A stretch of DNA of 64,000 nucleotides from NCBI GenBank assembly GCA_965223705.1, contig OZ245015.1:2144001-2208000 (forward strand). Direction: 5' to 3'. Below are positions 39,401-47,399 of this stretch, in pieces. This DNA is from Myxococcota bacterium (GTDB taxonomy: Bacteria; Myxococcota_A; UBA9160; UBA6930). The translations under genes and the position numbers were made by a program. How positions within the stretch are numbered: position 1 is the first letter of the stretch; the number at the start of each line of letters is the position of its first letter. The notes under the pieces were generated by a model, which saw nothing but the letters and a program-made list of their open reading frames with translations, had not been told where the DNA came from and did not search any database.

Positions 39401-39590
39401 CTGTGCCGATCGAGTCGGAGGCCTGAAGCGGGCGCAGATCGGCGTCGTTGCAGGCATTGACGAGTACCAGCCGTACGATGCGCGTCCCAGGCGGAGCGGT
39501 CGCGGGCGGGAGTGCCGACAAGGCCGGCAGAGCCCATGCCGACACGGCGAAGAAAAGAAGGCAAACCAATGCCTTGCGGCGTACTTCCAT
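36465..39590 (-). CDS. Secreted DUF5060-type putative glycoside hydrolase with three repeated beta domains and Pro-rich linkers
   Basis: Signal peptide; GELRKWHKVT..NPF.DYRLDVTF..VPGYFAADG; WNLGEEN; C-terminal WYNPRNGG..DWV. Confidence 0.75.
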   Translation of the reverse strand: MEVRRKALVCLLFFAVSAWALPALSALPPATAPPGTRIVRLVLVNACNDADLRPLQASDSIGTADCMNVRADVAGSVDSVRFEIEGPDPSIRIENVAPFAFAGDSGGDYFEWGVRPGTYRITAVPFMGPNGTGRAGAGLVRQITVRPPASTPPPPTQPAPVVPTPRPSPPTPTIGARILRFVLVNACGSSTDLRVLASRDTLDTSRCISIRADATADVASVRFEIEGPDPSVRVENVAPYALAGDSAGNFFAWGARSGTYRVRATPFNRPNGQGQSGTPLTAQITVRGSVAAGPPAPPPAGPPAPPPPPTPSVPPAPAPEPRPAPAAASGQVSGELRKWHKVTVSFAGPEVDELSSPNPFRDYRLDVTFTHEASGRRWVVPGYFAADGNAAHTSASRGQVWRAHLAPPVSGPFTYRADFRTGSNVAVSGNGAPTSFHGATGRFHVGEADASAPGFYATGRLTDTRDGYYRFGETGEYFLKGGAGSPENLLAYFEFDNTRDRGGRSARLTNGLHRFNPHVRDWRSGDPLWQGNKGRGIIGALNYLAAEGMNSVYFLTMNVNGDGNDLHPWIAENRRDRYDASKLDQWEIVFEHMDRLGLAMHVVTQEQENDQLLDGGNLGAERRIYYRELIARFGHHLGVIWNLGEENTNTHDQRVAFANYFRTVDPYDHPTVVHTYPFQRDAIYGRLLGLSTVAGPSIQAHRDEVHRTVTRWVDRSRGSAHRWVVSVDEVGPANLGVVPDRVDPLHDAVRHRALWGTFMAGGAGVEWYFGYDHEHGDVDAEDFRSRRNMWQQTRYALEFFQRELPFWRMTHADSLTPSGDDYVFANPGEVYAIYRPRGGATLLNLSGYSGTFDVRWYNPRNGGALATGSIGSVEGGGRRDLGQPPHSGHLDWVAIVRNRDAANFASPSASPPPVAAPPPATVADGLAVTQLVLVDACLDRDLYALGSRETIDLGRIGNCMNVRADTTAGVASVRFELGSQTSFRVENAAPFAAAGDRDGEYQILSLGPGRYRLRAVPYGGIGGTGASGSARSVELVVVGTP

Positions 39591-39736
39591 GATCTCTCTT
39601 GTACTTCGGTTCGGCGGTGGATGCGCCATTAATTGGCAGGGGACCACAGCGAGTTCCGTAACGTTGCGCATTAAACACGGTTTTGCCGGGGGCCGTTGTG
39701 ACGACTCTCACGATTTAAAAAATGGTTTCGATTTTA

Positions 39737-39764
39737 ATGTCCGATAAGATATATTATGTCAAAT
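39737..39764 (+). other. XerCD dif recombination site
   Basis: ATGTCCGATAA-GATATA-TTATGTCAAAT: 11-6-11 layout, XerD arm 10/11 identical to E. coli TTATGTTAAAT; in AT-rich intergenic DNA. Confidence 0.85.
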
Positions 39765-39822
39765 AAATGCGCGTCTCATGTCGAGGTGGCGCCCGCCCTC
39801 GGTTCCGTGACAGCATGGCCCC

Positions 39823-40251
39823 GTGAAATTCGTCGAAGTGCGCCGAACGATCAGCGCTCCGACCGATGTGGTGTGGGCGATCCTGACGGATGCGAAACGG
39901 CTTCAGGCCGAGAATCTGGGCATCGTGAAGATCGAAGGCGACATCGCAGACGGCGCGCAGATCAAGCTCTGGGCGGAAGTGAGTCCGGATCGCCCTTTTC
40001 GGCTGACCGTCTCCGAATGGGTGCCGGAAAGGCGCATGGTCTGGATCGGGGGCATGCCCCTGGGCCTTTTCCGAGGAGAGCGCGAGTTCAATCTGGCGGC
40101 GGTTGATGACGACCGGACAGACCTTCACATCCGCGAGGAATTCACCGGGCTGCTCTCGGGTCTCATTTGGAAGGCCATGCCCGATCTCAATCCGTCGTTC
40201 GCGCAGTTCGCCGATGGGGTAAAAGCGGCTGCCGAGGCCGGCGCAAACTAA
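39823..40251 (+). CDS. SRPBCC (START-like) domain protein
   Basis: ISAPTDVVWAILTD, GMPLGLFRGEREF, EEFTGLL. Confidence 0.85.
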   Translation: MKFVEVRRTISAPTDVVWAILTDAKRLQAENLGIVKIEGDIADGAQIKLWAEVSPDRPFRLTVSEWVPERRMVWIGGMPLGLFRGEREFNLAAVDDDRTDLHIREEFTGLLSGLIWKAMPDLNPSFAQFADGVKAAAEAGAN

Positions 40252-40254
40252 ACG

Positions 40255-40290
40255 AAAAAAGCCGCGTCTCGGTGGCCCGAGACGCGGCTT
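40255..40290 (-). terminator. Intrinsic terminator
   Basis: 14-bp stem AAGCCGCGTCTCGG/CCGAGACGCGGCTT, 4-nt loop, U-tract on minus strand; between convergent genes. Confidence 0.85.
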
Positions 40291-40311
40291 GGGGCTCGTC
40301 GCGCTCTGCGG

Positions 40312-40896
40312 CTAGCGGCGGCGCTGGCGGCGGAACACGGCCGCGGTGCCGATCGCGAAGAGGAGCGCCGCGCCCGGCTCCGGAACCGGAGCCTGCTCGC
40401 GGTGGGCCCAGAGCTTCGCGTCCAGGTCGAGGATCTGGAGGTCTCGGTTGTCGCCGAGCCACGTCCACATGCGGAGCGTGTCGTCGTCGTCGAAGCGGGC
40501 GTGGAAGACGCAGTCGCCCTTCGCGCCGGCGACGCTGCAGTCGATGTCCTTGCCGGCGAAGGTGCCGTAGATCGAGCTGGCTTCGTACTTGTCGCCCGTC
40601 CACTGGATGCCGTCGAAGTGGATATCGACGTTCACGAGGCCCGTGCCTGCGATGTCGAGCACGTCGCCGACCAGGTGGGCGTCGCCGCCCGAGATCGTGA
40701 GCTGCAGATCAGCAGGAGCTTGTTCAGCGGTGTACTGGTAGACGGTGCCGTCGACTCGGGCGGCTAGGCCGTAGTCACCCCAGCGGTCGGTGATCGAGAA
40801 GGTTCCGTCGAGCGGTAGCGCCGTGGCGGCGCCACCCGAGAGGCCCATCCAGGCGACGAAGGCCAACAGGCCGAGAAGTCGAATTCCGTACCGCAT
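40312..40896 (-). CDS. PEP-CTERM sorting-domain surface protein
   Basis: Signal peptide; VPEPGAALLFAIGTAAVFRRQRRR. Confidence 0.92.
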   Translation of the reverse strand: MRYGIRLLGLLAFVAWMGLSGGAATALPLDGTFSITDRWGDYGLAARVDGTVYQYTAEQAPADLQLTISGGDAHLVGDVLDIAGTGLVNVDIHFDGIQWTGDKYEASSIYGTFAGKDIDCSVAGAKGDCVFHARFDDDDTLRMWTWLGDNRDLQILDLDAKLWAHREQAPVPEPGAALLFAIGTAAVFRRQRRR

Positions 40897-41011
40897 GTTG
40901 CAGAGCTCCTTCCGAAGACCGACGAAACGCTTCGTCGGTGAGAGATTCGGAGGTGTGTTCCGTTACAGGCGCGGTAGGTGACGGATTAAATAGTCAATAA
41001 AATTTGTGTAT

Positions 41012-41233
41012 TTATGATGATCGTCGGCGAAATCGCTTGAGGCTTGCGCTGATCAAGAGAGCGGATCCGAAGAGAACCGCGGCGCCGGGTTCCGGCATGT
41101 GCGGCCCGGGTGCCGGGTCCGACTGGAGACTCGTTTGCACCGCCACCTCGGAGGTCGTCTCCATCGGATTCGCGGAGGAACCGCCGCTGCAGCTGGTGAA
41201 CCACTCGATGATGACGGTGTCGCACATTGCCAT
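41012..41233 (-). CDS. PEP-CTERM microprotein (73 aa) with no evident signal peptide
   Basis: GGAGAG 6 nt before ATG; MPEPGAAVLFGSALLISASLKRFRRRSS tail. Confidence 0.7.
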   Translation of the reverse strand: MAMCDTVIIEWFTSCSGGSSANPMETTSEVAVQTSLQSDPAPGPHMPEPGAAVLFGSALLISASLKRFRRRSS

Positions 41234-41570
41234 GGCCAACTCTCCCGAAGCGCGCGTGGGCGCGAGCCCTGGAGTGCAAAGGTGGGGCCAACGGCACCCG
41301 TTCGGCAGTGCCCTGGCAACGCTCGCAGCAAGAATATTGAAATGACTCCAAAACCCGTCGGGAAGGCGTCCAGAGGCCCTCTAGCGCAGTTTGCGGGTAG
41401 ATTGACAACCGAATGTCCGTTTGAAAGCCGTTTGCGGGCCGTCCAGACTTTGCTATAGGCGTGCGTGTCCCCCTGGGTTTTCCTCCGATGGTGCTGAATC
41501 GACAAACCCCGTGTCGATTGCCCGGGCCCTGCCCGCTCGGGAAAGCTGATGTGACGCGGAGACACGAGAC

Positions 41571-42266
41571 TTGAGTCCTGCCCAAAAGGCGAGCAGCAAG
41601 GCCAAGAAGAAGGCCACAACGCGCAAATCGGGTGCCACGAAGAAGACGGCCCGGAAGGCCACGTCCTCGAAGAAGGCCGCCCGGACGACCAAGGCGGCCC
41701 CGAAGAAGAAAGCGGCTGCGAGCACCAAGAAGAAGGCCACCGGGCGAAAGGCCACGCCCAAGAAAGCCACCAAGGCGACGCCGAAGAAGGCGGCCGCACC
41801 CGCCAAGAAGAAAGCGGCCGCGGCCCCGGCGGCCAAAAAAGCCGCAAAAAAGGCCCCGGCCAAGAAGAAAGCCCGCAAGAGCGCCGCCGCCCGAAAGCTC
41901 GAGAGCATCACGCCGCCGCGGCTGCCCGGAGGCGGCCCCGCACCGGTCAAGCCCTCGCTGGGCCAGAAGTGGGAGTGCTTCGCTTGCGGGGCCAAGTTCT
42001 ACGACTTGAACAAGCCCGAGCCGCTATGCCCGAAGTGCAACGCGGATCAGCGAGAACGTCCGAAGACGAAGGGCGGCGCCGGGCCCGCGAAGCCCGCGGA
42101 ACCCACTCCCGCGGTGGCACCGATGGTGCCGACTCCCGTCGACGACGACGAAGAAGAAACGGAAGAGACCGACGAGCGGGAGCTCGAACTCACGGCGCTC
42201 GACGGCGACGAGCGTCCCGGGTTCATGGACGACGACACAAGCTCCGGCCCGATCCCCGAAGACTAG
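41571..42266 (+). CDS. Histone H1-like Lys/Ala-rich region fused to FYDLN zinc ribbon and acidic tail
   Basis: About 110 aa of KKA/PAKK repeats; [19 protein letters not shown]...CPKC; D/E-rich C-terminus. Confidence 0.85.
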   Translation: MSPAQKASSKAKKKATTRKSGATKKTARKATSSKKAARTTKAAPKKKAAASTKKKATGRKATPKKATKATPKKAAAPAKKKAAAAPAAKKAAKKAPAKKKARKSAAARKLESITPPRLPGGGPAPVKPSLGQKWECFACGAKFYDLNKPEPLCPKCNADQRERPKTKGGAGPAKPAEPTPAVAPMVPTPVDDDEEETEETDERELELTALDGDERPGFMDDDTSSGPIPED

Positions 42267-42291
42267 GCCGCTCGCCCTCTGTCAAGACCGG

Positions 42292-42720
42292 TCAGAAGCT
42301 ACTGAGCCGCCGCCAGTGGACCGCCCAAACGTCTGCGTCGCGAGCTCGAAGCGACAGCTCGTGGTCGAGTTGTTCGACGACCGAATCGTTGGCGGCGACC
42401 TCCCCAGCCAGTCTTCGTTTCTCGCGACCCAGACGGTGGACGCGTTCGAACTCATCGATCTGTTCGTCGATGAAGCCGCCGCTACGCACAGCCGCCGAGC
42501 CGCTTTGTGCGGCAAACCGCCGATCTGCGGCGTCGCGCTCGAGGCCGTACGCCTCTCGCAGAGACTCGAGATCGGCGTCGGAATAGCCGCGGTAGGGTCG
42601 CGGCTCGGCCTCTTCCCGCTGGTAGTTCTGCCAGTAGTTGTAACCGCCGCCAGAAGCGACGAGCAACAAAGCGACGAGCGCGAGGAGAGCGCGCCCGGCG
42701 CGCCGAGCGTCGGGATGCAT
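42292..42720 (-). CDS. Hypothetical protein, N-terminal TM plus coiled coil
   Basis: Hydrophobic anchor; co-oriented just downstream of the lytic transglycosylase. Confidence 0.65.
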   Translation of the reverse strand: MHPDARRAGRALLALVALLLVASGGGYNYWQNYQREEAEPRPYRGYSDADLESLREAYGLERDAADRRFAAQSGSAAVRSGGFIDEQIDEFERVHRLGREKRRLAGEVAANDSVVEQLDHELSLRARDADVWAVHWRRLSSF

Positions 42721-42743
42721 GGCCGAGCCTCCGGTTCTTGATC

Positions 42744-44939
42744 CTAAGAGTCGTTTCGGTTGCTGGACACGGCAGCTGCACCGGAATCGGTCGTCACGGG
42801 CGCCTGCGGCTCACCCTCGGGGCCATAGAGCACGCGGTAGATGTGCAGGCTGCGGAGCACCCGGCGCACGTAGCTGCGGGTTTCCGAATACGGAATCGCC
42901 TCGACCCAGCGGTCGTCGGGCCAGTCCGAACGCTGGGCCACCCACTTCGACACGACTTCGGGCCCGGCGTTGTAGCTCGCGATGGCCGCCGAGGCCCGAC
43001 CGTCGAACTGCTCGAGGAGTTGTCCCAAGTAGTGGCGCCCAAGCGCTACGTTCACTTCGGGTTCGAAGAGGTGATCGGGATGGAAATCGTCCCGTCCCAC
43101 CGAGCGAGCCAAGCGTCGACCGGTCTCGGGCATGATCTGCATCAGCCCGCGAGCGCCGACCGGCGAAACGACCTTCGGGCGATAGCCGCTTTCCTCACGC
43201 ATCACAGCTAGGGCCAGCCCTTCGGGCACGCGGGACGCGAGCGGCGTCCAATCCGCCGCGAGGAAGCTCCGGGGCCAGGCGTACCACCAGATGGCCTCTC
43301 GGCCCGGCACCGGCCCCCGCGCGAGTTCCACCGCGTACCCGTTTGCGACGGCCCGCTGCGCGCGGTGGATTTTCTGCGCCGCGGTCAAGAGCCCCGCGGC
43401 GACGACGCGGTCGTCGAGGCTGAGACCCGATCGGGCGGCCTGTCGAACTTCCCGCGCTGCAAACTCGGGACGCCCGGCTTCGAGCAGGATGCGCGCTCGG
43501 GTGAGCGCACGTCGATTCATCTTCGACGGCGAACTCTGGGGAAGCTCAGGAGCTTCCCGTTCGAGCGAAGCGTCGCGCAAGCTCGTGCCCGCTCGCCATC
43601 CGTAGTACGTGAAGGGAAACTCGCGCGCCATCGCGAGGAGCACCTCTTCACCAGAAGTGTCGCCGAGCGCGATCTGCGCCTTCGCGAGCCAGTATCGCGG
43701 CCGCAAAGCGCCCACCGGGTCGGGGTCCGTTCTGGCGAGCTCCGCGAAATGATCGCGTGCCGTCACGAGATCGTCGTCGAGGAACGCCATCCAACCGAGG
43801 CGCCAACGGGCGTCGAAGCGCAGACCAGAGCTCGATGCGGCGACGGCCTTGAAATGAGCGCGGGCACGGGTGTGCGCGCCCTCGCCCTGGAGGAGCGTCG
43901 CGGCGAGGTAGCGGGCCCGAAACGCGAGCGGCGTCGTGCGCCCTTTCGCGAGTCGTTCGAACGCGGCGATCGATTCCTCGATTCTCCGACTTCGGGCGAG
44001 GGCCCGGGCGTGCCAGAAGCGCGCTTCGATGCCCTTGCCCATCGCTTGGAACGCGTTCGTCGCTTCCGGGTAGCGGCGCAGCCTGAAAAGCGTCCGCGCC
44101 CTCTTCCAGCGAACGTCCCGGTCCACGTCTCGCCGGAGCCCGCGGGTCAACGCGTGATCGAACGCGGCGAGCGCGCCTTCGTTGTCTCTCGCCCGGTAGA
44201 GGGCCTCGCCCCGGTCGATCCAATTCCGCGCGCTGCGGAGCGACTTCCCGGCGTCGGCTTCGAGACGGTCGAGCGCGGCGTCGGCGGTTCGGCCTTCGGG
44301 GCGCGCGGCGTCCCGGGTCCAAAGCTTTCGGTAGCTCTCGATGGCTTTCGCCGTATTGCCAGAGCGTTCGTAGGAAGCGGCGATCTTCGCTTCGAGCGCC
44401 GCCCGGCGCGCACGCCCACCGGTCCTCTTTTGCGCTCGTCGCCACTGCTTGCGCGCCGAGATCTCCTCCCCCGCCGCCTCCGCCGCGTCGCCACCGCGCT
44501 CGAGGACGTCGGGAAAGAGAATCGAATCCGGGTACCGCTCCGCGAAACGCTGGGTCCCGGCGCGTGCTGCGGCGGAGTCACCCGCGAGGTTCAGGGCCGT
44601 GAGAGCGCCTTCCGCGGCGTAGTCCGCGACGATCGGAAACGCGGCTTCGATGGCGTCGAAACGGACCGCAGCAACGACGGCGTCTTCGGCATCGAGTGCC
44701 TCGAAGGCCAGCCGCAGCGCAGGTCCCGGCCGGTCGGGCAACAGGAGGCGCGGGCCCACGAAATCGAGGTCGGTGGCGCCAGTGCCCGCTGCGAGACCGA
44801 TGAGCGCCGCGCTAGCGAGCGCCCAAGCGGTGATCGGCCGCTTTCGCCGCCACGATGCGTCCTCGCCATTTGCCGTCGGTTCGCTCACCCGGCACGCCCC
44901 CATCGCTCGAACTCTTTCGAGAAAACGAGTCTGTATCAC
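42744..44939 (-). CDS. Soluble lytic transglycosylase (Slt70-like) with TPRs
   Basis: VMREESGY, GARGLMQIMPET, SYNAGP, IPYSETRSYV; start uncertain. Confidence 0.92.
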   Translation of the reverse strand: MIQTRFLERVRAMGACRVSEPTANGEDASWRRKRPITAWALASAALIGLAAGTGATDLDFVGPRLLLPDRPGPALRLAFEALDAEDAVVAAVRFDAIEAAFPIVADYAAEGALTALNLAGDSAAARAGTQRFAERYPDSILFPDVLERGGDAAEAAGEEISARKQWRRAQKRTGGRARRAALEAKIAASYERSGNTAKAIESYRKLWTRDAARPEGRTADAALDRLEADAGKSLRSARNWIDRGEALYRARDNEGALAAFDHALTRGLRRDVDRDVRWKRARTLFRLRRYPEATNAFQAMGKGIEARFWHARALARSRRIEESIAAFERLAKGRTTPLAFRARYLAATLLQGEGAHTRARAHFKAVAASSSGLRFDARWRLGWMAFLDDDLVTARDHFAELARTDPDPVGALRPRYWLAKAQIALGDTSGEEVLLAMAREFPFTYYGWRAGTSLRDASLEREAPELPQSSPSKMNRRALTRARILLEAGRPEFAAREVRQAARSGLSLDDRVVAAGLLTAAQKIHRAQRAVANGYAVELARGPVPGREAIWWYAWPRSFLAADWTPLASRVPEGLALAVMREESGYRPKVVSPVGARGLMQIMPETGRRLARSVGRDDFHPDHLFEPEVNVALGRHYLGQLLEQFDGRASAAIASYNAGPEVVSKWVAQRSDWPDDRWVEAIPYSETRSYVRRVLRSLHIYRVLYGPEGEPQAPVTTDSGAAAVSSNRNDS

Positions 44940-45023
44940 CGCGACGGCCTGTCAACCGACGGGCCGTTTCCCCTAGTTCGGCAATTCATCGTCGATGTTT
45001 GAGACACCCGCGCCGCTCCGTTA

Positions 45024-46331
45024 GTGTGGCGCGCGGTGTCGAACCGGGCCGCAGACGATGGGGGTTTCCGCACGCGTTTTCGCGGTAGCCGCCGCGTGGC
45101 GCGGTGGGCGCTGCTCGCAGCCCTGGCCCTGCTTCTGGCATGTGACGCGAACGTCGAGTCTCCCTACGTCCCGGGGATCGCTTCTCCCTTGGGGAGCCCT
45201 CCCGGTCGCGCCGACGAGCCGCCCCGCGGCCTATGGGTGTTGTGCGAAGGGGCGCAGCGGGTGCTCGAGAACGAGGAACGGCTCCCTTGGCTACTCGACG
45301 ACGCCGAGGCCATGGGCGTTACGGATCTCTTCGTCCAGGTGTATCGCGGCGGTCGCGCCTGGTACGACTCAGAGATCGCCGACCCGACGCCCTACGCGTC
45401 GACCTGGCGGTCGCCCCGAGGAGATGCACTGACGACGTTGATCGCGCGCGCCCATGAACGCGGCTTTCGAGTCCACGCATGGATGAACGCGATGTCGCTC
45501 TCGGCAAACGACAAGGCACCTGTCCTCGAGCGGCTGGGTCCCGATGCGGTGATCGTGGATCAGCACGGGCGCTCGGTTCTCGACTATCCGGAATTCGACG
45601 TCCCGCCCGGAGATCGGCGCTATTACCGCATCGATACGCCCGCAGTGTGGCTCGATCCCGCGGCGCCGGGCGTCGCGGGCTACTTGGAAGACGTCGTCGC
45701 CGAGCTCCTCAACCGCTATCCGGCGCTCGACGGCATCCATCTCGATTACATCCGCTACCCGACAGCGCTGCCCTTCTCACCGGGTACGCGTTTCGGTGTG
45801 GGCTTGAGTTTTGGACACGGGGAGAAAGTGCGCGCGCGTTTCGAGGAAGAAACAGGCCTGCGCGCGCCTTTCAAGGATTCCCTCATCAATGGCAACCGGT
45901 TCGACGAATGGCGCCGGGACAAGCTTTCGGAAGTGGTCGCTCGGGTCGCCGGACGCGCTCGGGTGACACGGCCGGGCGTGCTGGTGTCGGCGGCGGTCTG
46001 GGCGTTTGCGGATCGCGCGTATCTCTCGACGTTTCAGGATTGGCGCGGCTGGGTGGCCGACGGGCTGATCGATATGGCCGTCCCCATGCTGTACACCCGC
46101 GACGATCGCTTGTTCCGCTACGCCAGCGAGTCGTTCTCCGGTCTTCGCACCGCGCCGCGGATCTGGGTCGGTGTCGGCGCTTGGCTCTTCGCCGAGGCGC
46201 CGGAGCGGGTCGGGATGCAACTCGACGCGCTCTCGCGGCGGCCACCCCTGGGCCAGTCTCTCTTCTCGTGGGACAGCATTCGCGCCGACGAACGTTTGCA
46301 CCGTGCGCTCACGGGTGCGAAGGCGGAGTGA
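45024..46331 (+). CDS. GHL10/YddW-like glycoside hydrolase lipoprotein
   Basis: LLLAC lipobox, FVQVYRGG, VHAWMN, WLDP, DGIHLDYIRYP, QDWRGW..PMLY; start uncertain. Confidence 0.85.
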   Translation: MWRAVSNRAADDGGFRTRFRGSRRVARWALLAALALLLACDANVESPYVPGIASPLGSPPGRADEPPRGLWVLCEGAQRVLENEERLPWLLDDAEAMGVTDLFVQVYRGGRAWYDSEIADPTPYASTWRSPRGDALTTLIARAHERGFRVHAWMNAMSLSANDKAPVLERLGPDAVIVDQHGRSVLDYPEFDVPPGDRRYYRIDTPAVWLDPAAPGVAGYLEDVVAELLNRYPALDGIHLDYIRYPTALPFSPGTRFGVGLSFGHGEKVRARFEEETGLRAPFKDSLINGNRFDEWRRDKLSEVVARVAGRARVTRPGVLVSAAVWAFADRAYLSTFQDWRGWVADGLIDMAVPMLYTRDDRLFRYASESFSGLRTAPRIWVGVGAWLFAEAPERVGMQLDALSRRPPLGQSLFSWDSIRADERLHRALTGAKAE

Positions 46332-47365
46332 CTGAAGCACCGCGCTGGGACTACGCGTTCGATCTGCCGGAGAGCGCGATCGCGAGCCGGCCGGCGAACC
46401 CTCGGAGTGCTTCGCGCTTGTTGGTCCTGTCGAGAGCGTCGGGCGCGCTTGCGCATCACACCATGCGCGATTTCGCGCGGCTTCTCCGACCCGGCGATCT
46501 CCTCGTCCGCAACGTTTCTCGCGTCGTTCCGGCACGTCTGCGCGGCCGCAAGGAGAGCGGCGGGCGCGCGGAGGCGCTGCTCCTCGGGCGGGGAGAGACG
46601 GACCACACCTATCGCGCGCTGGTCCGCCACAAGGGCCGCCAGCGCATCGGGCAAAAACTGGTTTTCGAAGAGGGGGTGAGCTCGCTCGAAGCGGAAGTGT
46701 GCGAGGTGTCGGACGATGGCTCGGTCGTGCTCGCGTTTCCGCTGGGCCGCGATCCCTACGCGATCGGCTCCTTGCCGCTCCCTCCGTACATCCGCGGTGG
46801 CGTCGCCGATGGCGAAGACGCCGATCGCTACCAGACGATCTACGCGCGCGAGCCGGGCTCGGTGGCCGCACCGACGGCGGGACTCCATTTCGACGCGTTC
46901 GTCGAAGATGCCCTCGAACGTCGCGGCGTGGTCGTCGCGGACCTGGTTCTTCACGTCGGCGTCGGAACATTTCGCCCGCCGCGCCCGGAAGAGCTCGATC
47001 GCGGCGAGCTCCACGAGGAATGGTTCTCCCTCCCCGCTGCCACCGCCCAGGCGATCCGGGCCGCCCGCGCGCGCGGCGGGCGGGTGGTGGCCGTCGGGAC
47101 GACGACGTGTCGCGTGCTCGAGAGCCGCGCCGAAGCGGACGGCAACGTCACCGCCAGTGAGGGTACGACCCGCCTTTTCCTGCGGCCGGGCTCTCGCTTC
47201 CGGGTGGTCGATGCACTGCTGACGAATTTTCACCTGCCCGGCTCGAGTTTGCTCATGCTGGTCGCCGCGTTTGCCGGGGTCGACGCGACGCGCGCTGCGT
47301 ATCGCGCCGCCGTCGCCGAGGGCTACCGCTTCTACTCCTACGGCGACGCGATGTTGATTCAATGA
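46328..47365 (+). CDS. queA: S-adenosylmethionine:tRNA ribosyltransferase-isomerase
   Basis: PLPPYI, RYQTIYA, GSVAAPTAGLHF, LHVGVGTF, VGTT, TNFHLP, YRFYSYGDAM. Confidence 0.97.
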   Translation: MTEAPRWDYAFDLPESAIASRPANPRSASRLLVLSRASGALAHHTMRDFARLLRPGDLLVRNVSRVVPARLRGRKESGGRAEALLLGRGETDHTYRALVRHKGRQRIGQKLVFEEGVSSLEAEVCEVSDDGSVVLAFPLGRDPYAIGSLPLPPYIRGGVADGEDADRYQTIYAREPGSVAAPTAGLHFDAFVEDALERRGVVVADLVLHVGVGTFRPPRPEELDRGELHEEWFSLPAATAQAIRAARARGGRVVAVGTTTCRVLESRAEADGNVTASEGTTRLFLRPGSRFRVVDALLTNFHLPGSSLLMLVAAFAGVDATRAAYRAAVAEGYRFYSYGDAMLIQ

Positions 47366-47399
47366 CGTCCTATGGCGACGCGATGTTGATTCAATGACG
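47336..47399 (+). repeat. 32-bp tandem duplication of the queA/tgt junction
   Basis: TCCTA(C/T)GGCGACGCGATGTTGATTCAATGACG twice, one mismatch. Confidence 0.95.

Noticed and set aside
41453..41995. Hydrophobic Phe/Ala-rich minus-strand ORF resembling a membrane protein
   Set aside because: Reverse-complement artefact of the AAG/GCC-rich H1-like coding sequence.
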